A DNA stretch of 64,000 nt from an uncultured Pelagibacteraceae bacterium (GCA_902587315.1 CACIKW010000001.1:29844-93843); one strand, 5' to 3'. Positions 28,659 to 39,533 are shown, numbered from the stretch's first letter. The notes: generated from the sequence alone by a model not told the origin. Made by a program: numbers and translations.

Positions 28659-28710
28659 AGGAATTTCAAGAAATTATAAATTAATCTAAATTTGATATAT
28701 ATATATATAA

Positions 28711-29418
28711 ATGTTTAGTTTTATAAATAATAGTAAGATTTTTTCAATTACGTCAAAAGCACCAAAATATGTTTTTTTTATTTTTGTCATAGTTTTATGT
28801 ATAGGATTAATTGAGGCATTAGTTTTATCACCTAAAGATTATATTCAAAGCCACTCAGTTCGAATAATGTATGTTCATGTCCCATCAGCATGGATAGCGG
28901 TGGGAATTTTTTTATTTATTGGAATATTATCATTTGGAAGTTTAATTTTTAAAAATAAAAATTTTTCTATTATTTCAAAAAGTTTAGCTCCATCTGGTTT
29001 GATTTTTAATATTACCGCTTTGGTGACTGGATCCATTTGGGGCAAACCAACATGGGGAACGTGGTGGGCTTGGGACTCTAGAATTACCTCAATGCTTATT
29101 CTTTGTTTATTTTATTTTATGTATATTTTGGCCTGGAGAATTATAGAAGACAAGACCAGAGCAGATCAGATTACATCTATTATAGCTATTTTTGGTTTAA
29201 TAAATATACCTATAATTAAATTTTCAGTTGATTGGTGGTCTACTTTGCATCAACCATCATCAATTAAATTAATGGAAAACAGCACAATTCATCCTTCTAT
29301 GCTATTACCACTTACATTAATGACTGCGGCATTTGCTCTATTTTCTATTTTGATATTTTTAATGAAATATAATACAGAACTGATAAAGATAAAAAACAAA
29401 GGACTAGATAGGTTATGA
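28711..29418 (+). CDS. ccmC: heme exporter protein CcmC
   Basis: RIMYVHVP.AW, TGSIWGKPTWGTWWAWD.R, SVDWW.TLHQ. Confidence 0.95.
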   Translation: MFSFINNSKIFSITSKAPKYVFFIFVIVLCIGLIEALVLSPKDYIQSHSVRIMYVHVPSAWIAVGIFLFIGILSFGSLIFKNKNFSIISKSLAPSGLIFNITALVTGSIWGKPTWGTWWAWDSRITSMLILCLFYFMYILAWRIIEDKTRADQITSIIAIFGLINIPIIKFSVDWWSTLHQPSSIKLMENSTIHPSMLLPLTLMTAAFALFSILIFLMKYNTELIKIKNKGLDRL

Positions 29419-29648
29419 TGCAGGAAATATTATTAATGGAGGGATATGGATCATATGTATGGTCAGCATTTGGCTTTACATTAATAAGTTTTTTTATTTT
29501 GTTTAGGATCATAAAGATTCAGTATGTTAAAGAGCAAAATAGATTTAATGCTAAATTTCAAAGATTATCTTACAATCAGAAAGAATTAGCGAAGAATCAA
29601 AAAATATATAGAGAAGTTTTATCAGATATTTCTGCTTCAAAAATTTAA
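29415..29648 (+). CDS. ccmD: heme exporter protein CcmD
   Basis: M.GYG.YVW.AFG, single TM, position between ccmC and ccmE. Confidence 0.8.
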   Translation: MMQEILLMEGYGSYVWSAFGFTLISFFILFRIIKIQYVKEQNRFNAKFQRLSYNQKELAKNQKIYREVLSDISASKI

Positions 29649-29659
29649 CTTGAATTTTA

Positions 29660-30079
29660 ATGTATGGTAAAAAGGTTAAGTTAAGAATACTTTTTTTATC
29701 TCTAGCCTTACTGGCTGCTGTTTTAACAATTTTTTTAATACTGAAATCGCTAGAGGAAAATGTTGTGTATTTTAAATCCCCTACCGAAATAAAAAATATT
29801 AATGAGTTAAGTGATAAAAAAATTAGAGTTGGAGGATTAGTTAAAAAGGGATCTATTTTATCATCAGCAGAGAAAATAAACTTTGTAATAACAGATTTTA
29901 AAAATGAAATTAGTGTGAGCTACAAAGGAGCTGTTCCAAATTTATTTGCCGAAGGCAAAGGCGTTGTTGCCGAGGGTTTTTTGAAAGACAGAAACTTTCT
30001 AGTAGCTAAGAAAATATTAGCAAAACACGATGAAAATTATATGCCCCCAGAAGTGAAAAAGGCATTGGAGAATAATTAA
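29660..30079 (+). CDS. ccmE: heme chaperone CcmE
   Basis: [31 protein letters not shown]. Confidence 0.95.
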   Translation: MYGKKVKLRILFLSLALLAAVLTIFLILKSLEENVVYFKSPTEIKNINELSDKKIRVGGLVKKGSILSSAEKINFVITDFKNEISVSYKGAVPNLFAEGKGVVAEGFLKDRNFLVAKKILAKHDENYMPPEVKKALENN

Positions 30080-30080
30080 G

Positions 30081-31952
30081 GTGATTTATAATTATTTAGG
30101 AAATTATTCTTTGGTATTTTGTTTAATTTTTTCATTAATAATTTTTTTTTTGTGTTTCAAAAGCATTAATGATCCTAGAAAAATAATAGAAAAAAATATT
30201 TTTTCATTATTATTTCTTCAGCTATTAACAATTATTATAAGTTTTTTTTCTTTAATAATATTATTTGTACTTTCTGATTTTAGTAACGAAACAGTTTATA
30301 ATCATTCTCACACAACAAAACCAATTTTTTATAAGATTTCTGGCTCATGGGGCAACCATGAAGGTAGCCTATTACTTTGGCTATTTGTTTTAGTTTTATT
30401 TATTTTTATTTTTTCTTTAACTTCAAAAAAACATCCCAAAAAATATAGAATTTTTACAATTATTTTTCATGAAATAATTGTTTTAGGATTTATAATTTTT
30501 TTATTATCAGTTTCCAATCCTTTTAACATGAATTATCCAATACCTTATGAAGGTTTAGGATTAAATCCTATATTGCAAGATCCAGCTTTAGCAATTCATC
30601 CACCAATTTTGTATTTAGGTTATGTTGGTTCATCAATAATATTCTCATCGGCACTTGCCGCCCTGGTTCAAGGCTATGTAAATAAAAATTGGGCATCACA
30701 TATAAAAAAATGGATTATAATTTCTTGGATTTTTCTTACATTAGGAATAATGATTGGATCTATTTGGGCATATTATGAGTTAGGCTGGGGGGGATTTTGG
30801 TTTTGGGATGCTGTAGAAAATGTATCTTTAATGCCATGGTTTTGTCTAACTGCATTGTTGCATACAATTATTGTTTTAGAGAAAAGAAATATTCTCAAAT
30901 CATGGACTTTAATACTATCTATTGCAACATTTATATTAAGTTTAGGTGGAACATTTTTAGTTAGGTCAGGAATTTTAAATTCAGTTCATACTTTTGCCAA
31001 CGATCCAAGCAGGGGAATATTTATTTTAATCTTCCTATTTATTATAATTTTTTTATCAGTTATAATTTTTTTCTTGTTTCAAATTGAAGAATCAACATCT
31101 AGGAAAACATTTTTTTTAAGTAAGGAAACCTCATTAATTATTAACAACTGGTTTATGATGTATTTTTTGTCTGTTGTTTTAATTGGAACAACTTATCCAA
31201 TTTTTTTAGAAGTACTGACTAGTGATAAAGTTTCTGTTGGTCCACCTTTTTATAATAAATTATTAATACCTTTTCTAATACCTTTTTTTGTTGTTATGGC
31301 GTTTGGTCCAAAATTACAATGGATTAAAACAAAATTTTCAAAGATAAAATACACAAATTTTTTTTATTTTTTTATATCTCTTGCTGCTTCTGTTTTTATT
31401 ATTAGATATAGCGAAGCCAAGTATTTGTTTTCTACAGCTATATTTGTAACTAGCTTTATATTATTAATTAAAACAATTGAGGGATTTTTTGAAAAAAAAA
31501 ACAATTTTTCTCAAAAATTATCTCATTTTTCCTTTAGCATATTTATTTTAAGCATTTTATTGAATGGTGCTTTTTCAACTGAATTTTCTGCAAATATGAA
31601 GCAAGGTGATGAATTAAATATAAATAATAATTCAATTAAATTTATTAATTTAAAAACTTTAAATAAAAATAACTATAAAACAGTAATTACAACCTTTGAA
31701 ATTAAAGATAAGCAAGGAAGAATTTTAAAATTTAATCCAGAGGTGAGAATTTACAATCAACCTGAAATTTTAACAAGTGAAGCAGATATTAAATCAAACA
31801 TTTTTTCAGATAAATTTTTGGTAGTAAATCTTCTAAAAGATGATGGCTATTTTAATGTTCGTTATCAAGTTAAACCATTCATGTCCTGGATATGGTTTTC
31901 TATTATTTTATTAACCATCGGAGGAATATTAAGTTTTTTTAGAAAGATATGA
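30081..31952 (+). CDS. ccmF: cytochrome c biogenesis heme lyase CcmF
   Basis: WGNHEGSLLLW, GLNP.LQD, HPP.LY.GY, WAYYELGWGGFWFWD.VEN, SVHTFA.D. Confidence 0.95.
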   Translation: MIYNYLGNYSLVFCLIFSLIIFFLCFKSINDPRKIIEKNIFSLLFLQLLTIIISFFSLIILFVLSDFSNETVYNHSHTTKPIFYKISGSWGNHEGSLLLWLFVLVLFIFIFSLTSKKHPKKYRIFTIIFHEIIVLGFIIFLLSVSNPFNMNYPIPYEGLGLNPILQDPALAIHPPILYLGYVGSSIIFSSALAALVQGYVNKNWASHIKKWIIISWIFLTLGIMIGSIWAYYELGWGGFWFWDAVENVSLMPWFCLTALLHTIIVLEKRNILKSWTLILSIATFILSLGGTFLVRSGILNSVHTFANDPSRGIFILIFLFIIIFLSVIIFFLFQIEESTSRKTFFLSKETSLIINNWFMMYFLSVVLIGTTYPIFLEVLTSDKVSVGPPFYNKLLIPFLIPFFVVMAFGPKLQWIKTKFSKIKYTNFFYFFISLAASVFIIRYSEAKYLFSTAIFVTSFILLIKTIEGFFEKKNNFSQKLSHFSFSIFILSILLNGAFSTEFSANMKQGDELNINNNSIKFINLKTLNKNNYKTVITTFEIKDKQGRILKFNPEVRIYNQPEILTSEADIKSNIFSDKFLVVNLLKDDGYFNVRYQVKPFMSWIWFSIILLTIGGILSFFRKI

Positions 31953-32467
31953 AAAAAAAAATAATATTTTTCTGTGTATTTTTATCTTTTTTGTTTATTT
32001 TTTTTATATTTTTTAAAAGTATTTATAATAAAAATTACTATACACCCCAAGAATTTACAAAAAATTATATTAATTTTGAAGCTAAAGAATTATTTACAAA
32101 AAAAGATTTTAATTCAAATCAATTATTTTTAGATGAAAAAATTACAATAATTAATATTTGGGCCTCATGGTGCATACCCTGTTTACAAGAACATAAATAT
32201 TTGATGAATTTAAAAAATAATAACAATATTAATTTAATTGGACTTAACTATAAAGATAAAGAAAATAATGCAAAAAAATTTATTTATAAAAATGGAAATC
32301 CATATGATCTAATTCTAACTGATAATGAGGGAATAATATCCATAGAGCTAGGAGCTTTCGGAGTTCCTGAAACATTTATAATTCAAAATAAAAAAATAAT
32401 AAAAAAATACATTGGTCCTTTAAATCAACAAAATATTATTGAAATAAAAAATATAATAACAAAATGA
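31949..32467 (+). CDS. ccmG: thiol:disulfide interchange protein CcmG/DsbE
   Basis: NIWASWCIPC, GLNYKD, G..GVPETF. Confidence 0.9.
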   Translation: MKKKIIFFCVFLSFLFIFFIFFKSIYNKNYYTPQEFTKNYINFEAKELFTKKDFNSNQLFLDEKITIINIWASWCIPCLQEHKYLMNLKNNNNINLIGLNYKDKENNAKKFIYKNGNPYDLILTDNEGIISIELGAFGVPETFIIQNKKIIKKYIGPLNQQNIIEIKNIITK

Positions 32468-32829
32468 AAAAAAAAATTATTTTTTTAACTTTATTATTTT
32501 TAACAATTGTGAGTCACTCTATTAGTTTAGAAAAAAATAATAAACTTGAAAATAAAATTTCAAAAAATCTCAGATGTTTAGTTTGCCAAGGTCAATCTGT
32601 ATATGATTCTCAATCAGATTTTGCAATAAGTATGAAAATATTAATAAAAAATAAAATTAATAAAGGTGAATCAGAAAAAGAAATTTATGAATTTTTTAGA
32701 ACCCAATATGGAGATTGGATTCTTTATGAACCTAATTTAAACAAAAATACTATTTTTCTTTGGATATTTCCTATAATTTTATTTATTTTTGGAGGATATT
32801 TGATTTTTCGAAACTTCTTTAAAAAATAA
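32464..32829 (+). CDS. ccmH: cytochrome c biogenesis protein CcmH
   Basis: LRCLVCQGQS..DS, YGDWILYEP. Confidence 0.92.
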   Translation: MKKKIIFLTLLFLTIVSHSISLEKNNKLENKISKNLRCLVCQGQSVYDSQSDFAISMKILIKNKINKGESEKEIYEFFRTQYGDWILYEPNLNKNTIFLWIFPIILFIFGGYLIFRNFFKK

Positions 32830-32857
32830 TTAAATAAGCTAATTTAATATAATTAAT

Positions 32858-33379
32858 ATGAAAAAATTAATAAATTTTTTTTTTGTTATACTATCTGTTA
32901 GTATATTTTTGTCTTCAATAACGAAAGCTGAAGATACAAAGTATTCTTTTGGAAATCATGAATTAAATTTCTTTTCAGGAATGTTTGATTTTAGTGACAA
33001 AGGAAAAAGATCTGCAATATTTGGAATTCAGCATCAAGATGAGAATTTACTAAGAAATAGTTTTTTAGGAACTTTATCACCTGTTACTGGCATTATGATC
33101 ACAGCAGATAATGCAAGTTATTTTTACACAGGAGTGCAAGCTCAATATAAAATGGGAAAATTGAATATTGTTCCAAGCTTTACTCCGGGAATTTATAATG
33201 AAGGCGATGGGAAAGATTTGGGTCACCCAATAGAATTTAAAAGCGAACTTCAAGTGTCTTTAGACATTTTTAGCAATAGCGAATTAGGTTTTTCATATAA
33301 TCATTTATCTAATGCAAGTTTAGGAGATAAAAATCCAGGCGCAAATAGCTATATGATTAATTTTCTTAAAAATTTTTAA
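32858..33379 (+). CDS. lipid A 3-O-deacylase PagL-like outer membrane protein
   Basis: Signal peptide, DLG...EF.S, HLSNA.L...NPG (PagL His-Ser), C-terminal Phe. Confidence 0.8.
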   Translation: MKKLINFFFVILSVSIFLSSITKAEDTKYSFGNHELNFFSGMFDFSDKGKRSAIFGIQHQDENLLRNSFLGTLSPVTGIMITADNASYFYTGVQAQYKMGKLNIVPSFTPGIYNEGDGKDLGHPIEFKSELQVSLDIFSNSELGFSYNHLSNASLGDKNPGANSYMINFLKNF

Positions 33380-33387
33380 TTTAAAAA

Positions 33388-34542
33388 ATGAATTTGAAGG
33401 ATTGTCATAATTTTTATGACTTTAGAAAATTAGCAAAAAAAAAATTACCAGCCCCAATTTTCCATTACATTGATGGTGCTGCTGATGATGAAATTACATA
33501 TCGAAGAAACACATCAGCATTTAATGAAGTTGATCTAGTTCCAAATGTTCTAAAAGGAGTAGAGCACGTAGACCTATCAACAACTATATTTGGCAAAAAA
33601 TTAAACCTTCCTTTTTATTGTGCACCGACGGCACTACAAAGACTTTTTCATTATGATGGAGAAAGGGCAGTAGGTAAAGCCGCAAAAAAATATAATACGA
33701 TGTTTGGAGTTTCAGCTTTATCAACAGTAAGTGTTGAAGAAATTTCTTCGATTATTGATACACCAAAAATGTTTCAATTCTATTTTCATAAAGACAGAGG
33801 ATTAAATGATGCTGTTTTGGAAAGAGTTAAGGCTGCAAAATTTGATGTTATGGCTTTAACAGTTGATACAATAACTGGAGGTAATCGTGAAAGAGATTTA
33901 AGAACTGGATTTACTTCTCCACCAAAACTTACACTATCAAGTCTTTTTAGTTTTGCGGTAAAGCCGATGTGGGGAATAAATTATTTAACAAAGGGTAAAT
34001 TTGAACTACCTCATCTTCAAGATTATGTTGGTGAAGGAACTAGTACAGCAGTATCAATTGGAAATTACTTTTCAACCATGTTGGATCAGTCAATGAACTG
34101 GAGCGATGCTGAAAAACTTTGTTCTAAATGGGGAGGACATTTTGCGTTAAAAGGAATAATGAGTGTTGAAGATGCTAAGCGTGCAGTAGATATTGGATGT
34201 ACAGGAATAATGGTTTCAAATCACGGAGGAAGACAATTAGATGGTTCAAGAGCACCCTTTGATCAACTTGCTGAAATAGTAGATGCCGTCGGAGATAAAA
34301 TTGATGTGATTTGTGAAGGGGGGATTCAAAGAGGCACCCATATACTTAAAGCATTATCTATGGGAGCAAAAGCATGCTCAGGTGGGAGACTTTACCTTTA
34401 TGCATTAGCTGCCGCGGGACAAGATGGTGTTGAAAGAGCTTTAAATCAATACCGCTCAGAAATAGAACGGGGCATGAAACTCATGGGCTGTACTAAAATA
34501 AGTGATTTAAATAGAAATAATTTAAGATTTAGAAAAAAATGA
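33388..34542 (+). CDS. FMN-dependent alpha-hydroxy acid dehydrogenase (LldD-like), copy 1
   Basis: FHYIDGAA.DE, GNRERD.R, KGIM, SNHGGRQLDG. Confidence 0.92.
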   Translation: MNLKDCHNFYDFRKLAKKKLPAPIFHYIDGAADDEITYRRNTSAFNEVDLVPNVLKGVEHVDLSTTIFGKKLNLPFYCAPTALQRLFHYDGERAVGKAAKKYNTMFGVSALSTVSVEEISSIIDTPKMFQFYFHKDRGLNDAVLERVKAAKFDVMALTVDTITGGNRERDLRTGFTSPPKLTLSSLFSFAVKPMWGINYLTKGKFELPHLQDYVGEGTSTAVSIGNYFSTMLDQSMNWSDAEKLCSKWGGHFALKGIMSVEDAKRAVDIGCTGIMVSNHGGRQLDGSRAPFDQLAEIVDAVGDKIDVICEGGIQRGTHILKALSMGAKACSGGRLYLYALAAAGQDGVERALNQYRSEIERGMKLMGCTKISDLNRNNLRFRKK

Positions 34543-35693
34543 AATTGAGTGATTGTCATAATTTTGAAGATTTTAGAAAGTTAGCTAAAAAAAAATTACC
34601 CTCTCCAATATTTCACTATATTGATGGAGGTTCTGACGATGAAATTACTTTAAATAGAAACACGAGCTCATTTAATAATTATGATTTGATTCCGAGTGTT
34701 TTGAATGATGTTTCAAATGTAGACATGTCCACAACTGTACTAGGAGAAAAAATTGATTTTCCATTATTTCCTGCGGCTACTGCTATGCATCGTCTTTACC
34801 ATCATAAAGGAGAGAGAGCTTCAGCAAGAGCTACAGAAAAAATGGGTACTATTTTTGGTACATCAACTATGGGAACTGTAAGTATTGAAGAAATTGCAAA
34901 AGTAAACAAGGGTCCAAAACTATTTCAATTGTATATTCACAAAGACAGAGGACTTACAGACAATCTAATAGAAAGATGTAAAAAAGCTGGTTTTAGCAGC
35001 ATGTGTTTAACCGTTGATACTGTTGTTGCTGGAAATAGAGAGAGAGACCGAAGAACTGGATTTACAACTCCTCCAAAATTAACTTTAGGAAGCCTTTTAA
35101 GTTTTATATTACATCCAGGCTGGACAATTAATAATTTGACTCACGAAAAATTTAAATTAGCAAATATTATTCACATAACTCAAAAAGGAACTAGTATAGA
35201 TAAATCAGTCATTGATTATATAAACGAACAATTTGATCCGGCAATGAATTGGAAAGATGCAGAGTATTGTGTTAAAAAATGGAATGGACCCTTTGCCTTA
35301 AAAGGAGTTATGAGTGTTGAAGATGCAAAGAAAGCAGTTGATATTGGTTGTACAGCCATAATGATTTCTAATCATGGTGGCAGACAATTAGATGGTTCAA
35401 GAGCACCCTTTGACCAACTTGCTGAAATAGTAGATGCAGTTGGGGATAAAATCGAAGTAATACTAGATGGAGGAATTAGAAGAGGAACACATGTACTTAA
35501 AGCTTTATGTCTAGGAGCAAAAGCATGTAGTTTTGGTAAAGGCTATTTATTTGCTTTAGCAGCTGGAGGACAAAAAGGTGTAGAAAAAATTTTAGAAAAT
35601 ATGAAAACAGAAATTAATCGTGATATGAAATTAATGGGATGTAAAAATATAAGTGAATTAAATAGTTCCAAAATTGTTTTTAGAAAAAGTTAA
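34539..35693 (+). CDS. FMN-dependent alpha-hydroxy acid dehydrogenase (LldD-like), copy 2
   Basis: Same motifs as copy 1; SNHGGRQLDG, DGGIRRG. Confidence 0.92.
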   Translation: MKLSDCHNFEDFRKLAKKKLPSPIFHYIDGGSDDEITLNRNTSSFNNYDLIPSVLNDVSNVDMSTTVLGEKIDFPLFPAATAMHRLYHHKGERASARATEKMGTIFGTSTMGTVSIEEIAKVNKGPKLFQLYIHKDRGLTDNLIERCKKAGFSSMCLTVDTVVAGNRERDRRTGFTTPPKLTLGSLLSFILHPGWTINNLTHEKFKLANIIHITQKGTSIDKSVIDYINEQFDPAMNWKDAEYCVKKWNGPFALKGVMSVEDAKKAVDIGCTAIMISNHGGRQLDGSRAPFDQLAEIVDAVGDKIEVILDGGIRRGTHVLKALCLGAKACSFGKGYLFALAAGGQKGVEKILENMKTEINRDMKLMGCKNISELNSSKIVFRKS

Positions 35694-35695
35694 AT

Positions 35696-36859
35696 ATGAA
35701 AATAGCAAAAAATGTAAATAATTTGGGAACCGAACTAGTTTATGACATTTTTTCAAAAACAAAAAAGTTACAAGCGCAAGGTAAAAAAATTATTGATTTA
35801 AGCTTAGGACAGTCAGCAGAAAGTCCTCCAGAATATGTAATTGAAGCTACAATTAAAGCTTTAAGAGATGGAAATAACGGATATACCGTTCCAAACGGAA
35901 TACTAGAGTGTAGAGAAGCAGTAAGTAGAAAAATTCAAAAACTTTATAATGCAAAAATTTCTCCTGAACGAATCTTTATAGTACCAGGTGGAAAACCAAC
36001 AATGCACTATGCAATTTCTTTTTTTGGCGAACCTGGAACCGAAATTATTTATCCTGACCCAGGATTTCCAATATATGAATCTATGATTAGGTATACTGGA
36101 GCAAAACCTGTTTCTTATAACTTATCAGACAAAGATAATTTTAATATTAACGTAGAAAAAATAGTTTCATTAATTAATGATAAAACAAGGCTTTTCATTA
36201 TAAATAATCCACATAATCCAACAGGAAGTTTTGCAGATAAATCTTTAATTGATAAGTTAGCAAATGCTTTACTAAAATATCCTAATGTAGCAATTTTAAG
36301 TGATGAGATTTATGGTAGACTAATATTTGAAAAAAAAGAATTTCCAACATTTTTTAATTATCCAGAGCTTTATGAAAGATTAATTGTGTTAGACGGATGG
36401 AGCAAAACATATGCCATGACCGGATGGAGATTAGGGTGGGGAGTTTGGCCAGAAAAATTATTAGATAAAATGTTTAAATTTTGTGTGAATAATCACTCCT
36501 GTGTAAATGCTGCTATTCAATATGGTGCAATTGCTGCTTTAGATGGCCCAGATGATAGCATCAATAATATGATTGATAAATTTATTAAAAGAAAAAATTT
36601 AATGTGTGATGGTTTAAAAAAAATTTCTGGAATTAAGTTTGTTGAAGCAAAATCTGGTTTTTTTATTTTTCCAAATGTGAAAGATACAGGAATGAATGGA
36701 GATCAGTTTGCAGAAAAATGTTTAAATGAGGCAGGAGTTTCTTTAATCCAGGGTACTGCTTTTGGTAAATTTTCATTAGATAATGTAAGAATTAATTTTA
36801 CGACATCAGAAGAAAATATCTCTCAAGCACTGGAAAATATCAAAAAAATGTTAAGCTAA
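35696..36859 (+). CDS. PLP-dependent aminotransferase class I/II
   Basis: NNPHNPTG, SDEIY, GWSKTYAMTGWRLG. Confidence 0.92.
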   Translation: MKIAKNVNNLGTELVYDIFSKTKKLQAQGKKIIDLSLGQSAESPPEYVIEATIKALRDGNNGYTVPNGILECREAVSRKIQKLYNAKISPERIFIVPGGKPTMHYAISFFGEPGTEIIYPDPGFPIYESMIRYTGAKPVSYNLSDKDNFNINVEKIVSLINDKTRLFIINNPHNPTGSFADKSLIDKLANALLKYPNVAILSDEIYGRLIFEKKEFPTFFNYPELYERLIVLDGWSKTYAMTGWRLGWGVWPEKLLDKMFKFCVNNHSCVNAAIQYGAIAALDGPDDSINNMIDKFIKRKNLMCDGLKKISGIKFVEAKSGFFIFPNVKDTGMNGDQFAEKCLNEAGVSLIQGTAFGKFSLDNVRINFTTSEENISQALENIKKMLS

Positions 36860-36904
36860 TTGTAGTGTTTTTTTTATATAACTCCTATATTATTATAAAA
36901 AAAA

Positions 36905-38278
36905 ATGAACGAACAAGTACAAAAAGAATTAAAGAAAATATTTAATGGTAGATTTTCAATGTCTGAATCTACCAGAGCAAACTATGCCCGAGGCGAGGAT
37001 ACTTATGACCCAGTTTTATCTAAAGCGGTAGTTTTTCCAGAAACCAATGAAGAAGTTTCAAAAATATTAAAGTTATGCAATGATCACAAAATTCCGATTG
37101 TTCCATTTGGAACAGGAACTTCTCTTGAAGGAAATGTAGTAGGCAATGAAAATGGTATTACAATTTCTTTAGAAAAAATGAACAAAGTTTTAAGTGTTAA
37201 TGCAGCTGATTTTGATTGTAGAGTTCAAGCGAACGTAACAAGAAAGCAATTAAATGAATATTTAAGAGAAGATGGAGTTTTTTTCCCTATTGATCCAGGT
37301 GCTGATGCTGCTCTTGGTGGAATGGCAGCAACTTCAGCTTCAGGAACTATGGCGGTAAAATATGGAACAATGAGAACAATAATAACGGGATTAACAGTTG
37401 TTTTAGCTAATGGAGAAATTATTAAAACAGGTGGAAGAGCAAAAAAGTCTTCTGCAGGATATAATTTAACTAATTTATTTATTGGTTCTGAAGGAACGCT
37501 AGGAATTATAACTGAAGTACAATTAAGACTATCTCCAATTCCAGAAAGTATTATGAGTGCTGTTTGTTATTTTCCTGATCTAGACTCAGCAGTTTTAACA
37601 TCTCAAGAAATAATCCAATACGGAGTTAATATTGCAAGAATTGAAATGCTAAACAAAGATCAAATGGAAATAAGTATTAAATATTCTAAATTAGAAAATG
37701 TAAAAGCTTCCCCAACTCTTTTTTTTGAATTTCATGGAAGCGAGCAGTCAAATAAAGAGTCAATAAAAATTGTTGAAGAATTATCAAAAAATAATGGAGG
37801 CGGTGATTTTAAATGGGCTGAATCAATTGAAGAAAGAAATAAGTTATGGCAGGCAAGGCACGATGTTTATTATTCAGTCAAAGCTTTAGGAAATAATATG
37901 AAAGTATATTCAACAGATATATGCGTTCCAATTTCAAAACTTGTAGAATGTGTTTCCTGGGCTGAAAAACATGTTAAAGATAATGGTTTAATTGCTCCAA
38001 TGGTTGGTCATGTCGGAGATGGTAATTTTCATTCTATTATTTTGTATGATCCTAATGATAAAGAAAAACAGAAACTAATAAGAGATTATAGTGACAAACT
38101 TATTCAGAAAGCTTTAGACCTAGAGGGAACAATAACTGGAGAACACGGCATCGGTTTACAAAAAAAACATTATTTATTGAAACAACATCCTGATAACTTG
38201 CCAGCAATGAAATCCATTAAAAGAAGTATGGATCCAAACAATATAATGAATCCAGGAAAAATTTTTGATCTAAATTAA
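36905..38278 (+). CDS. FAD-linked oxidase, D-lactate dehydrogenase/GlcD family
   Basis: GTGTSLEG, PIDPG, GSEGTLG, GHVGDGNFH, GEHGIG, MNPGK. Confidence 0.9.
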   Translation: MNEQVQKELKKIFNGRFSMSESTRANYARGEDTYDPVLSKAVVFPETNEEVSKILKLCNDHKIPIVPFGTGTSLEGNVVGNENGITISLEKMNKVLSVNAADFDCRVQANVTRKQLNEYLREDGVFFPIDPGADAALGGMAATSASGTMAVKYGTMRTIITGLTVVLANGEIIKTGGRAKKSSAGYNLTNLFIGSEGTLGIITEVQLRLSPIPESIMSAVCYFPDLDSAVLTSQEIIQYGVNIARIEMLNKDQMEISIKYSKLENVKASPTLFFEFHGSEQSNKESIKIVEELSKNNGGGDFKWAESIEERNKLWQARHDVYYSVKALGNNMKVYSTDICVPISKLVECVSWAEKHVKDNGLIAPMVGHVGDGNFHSIILYDPNDKEKQKLIRDYSDKLIQKALDLEGTITGEHGIGLQKKHYLLKQHPDNLPAMKSIKRSMDPNNIMNPGKIFDLN

Positions 38279-38402
38279 ATAAAATATAAGATATTTAAAT
38301 AATATAATACACCTTAGAGTTGAATATAGTTTTTTTATTAAGACTCCTTAAAATTTTTGTGATTAACTATTAGCAAGTTAATTAACTATAAGAGGAGAGA
38401 AA

Positions 38403-39533
38403 ATGATTAAAGATAAAAATGTTTTGAAGACAAAAACTCCTTCAAGACGAAAATTCTTTAAGGCTGCTGCTGCAACAGGTGTTGCTGCTGTAGCTGCATC
38501 ATCTTTAGCTGCTCCAGCTGTTGCTGCTGAAAGAGTAGAAGCTGCAATGGTAGCTACTTGGCCAAGAGATTTTCCTGGTCTAGGTACAGGTGCACAAAGA
38601 TTTGCAAAAAGACTAGCAGACATGAGTGATGGACGTATACAAGTTACTTATTATGCTTCTGGCGAAAGAGTAAAAGCATTTGACTCATTTGATGAAGTTG
38701 CTTCAGGTAACTCTCAAATGTATCACGCTGCAGACTACTATTGGGTTAAAAAACACCCAGCTTTTGGATACTTTACTGCATGTCCATTTGGTTTTACTTA
38801 CTCAGAAATAAATGCTTGGATACACCATGGTGGAGGACAAGCGCTTTGGGATGAACTAACTGATGATTATGGAACTCAAAGTTTTATAGCTGGTAACACA
38901 GGAGTTCAAATGGGTGGTTGGTTTAATAAAAAAATTAGATCAGCTAATGACTTTAAAGGTTTAAAAATGCGTATGCCTGGATTAGGTGGACAAGTACTAG
39001 GAAAACTTGGAGGTTCTCCAATTTCACTTCCTGGCGGACAAATTTATGAAAACCTTGTTTCAGGAGCAATTGATGCAACTGAATGGGTAGGTCCTTGGAA
39101 TGACGAAGCCATGAAGTTCCATGAAGCTGCTAAATACTATTACTATCCTGGTATGCATGAGCCTGGATCGATGTTAGCATGTGGTGTTAACAAATCATGG
39201 TTTACAAGCTTAACAAAATCAGATCAAACGACGATTAAAACTGCTTGCGCATGGGCAGATGAAATTACGATGGCTGAGTACAATGCTAAAAATGGTGCAG
39301 CATTAGCTCGTCTAGTAAATGATCATGGTGTTAAACTTGAGAAATTTAATGATAAAGTTTATGACGCATTTGCTAAAGGTGCTAAAGAAGTTTACGATGA
39401 AGTTCAACAACATAGTGCACTTGCTGCTAAAACGCATAAAGCTTTTGTTAAAGCACGTAAAGAAATTGGTGCTTGGACTAACTTGTCAGACTCACCATAT
39501 ATTCAGCAAAGAAATAGAGCTTTAGGAATTTAA
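38403..39533 (+). CDS. TRAP transporter substrate-binding protein (DctP/TakP-like, Tat signal)
   Basis: SRRKFFK twin-arginine signal, GNTGVQMGGWF, GLKMRMPG, DATEWVGP..D; strong SD GAGGAG. Confidence 0.93.
   Translation: MIKDKNVLKTKTPSRRKFFKAAAATGVAAVAASSLAAPAVAAERVEAAMVATWPRDFPGLGTGAQRFAKRLADMSDGRIQVTYYASGERVKAFDSFDEVASGNSQMYHAADYYWVKKHPAFGYFTACPFGFTYSEINAWIHHGGGQALWDELTDDYGTQSFIAGNTGVQMGGWFNKKIRSANDFKGLKMRMPGLGGQVLGKLGGSPISLPGGQIYENLVSGAIDATEWVGPWNDEAMKFHEAAKYYYYPGMHEPGSMLACGVNKSWFTSLTKSDQTTIKTACAWADEITMAEYNAKNGAALARLVNDHGVKLEKFNDKVYDAFAKGAKEVYDEVQQHSALAAKTHKAFVKARKEIGAWTNLSDSPYIQQRNRALGI

Noticed and set aside
30800-30825. CcmF WFWDAVEN instead of WFWDPVEN
   Set aside because: A single substitution in an otherwise intact gene; not enough to infer altered function.
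38378-38623. 81-aa Ala-rich minus ORF
   Set aside because: Antisense shadow of the TRAP SBP signal region.
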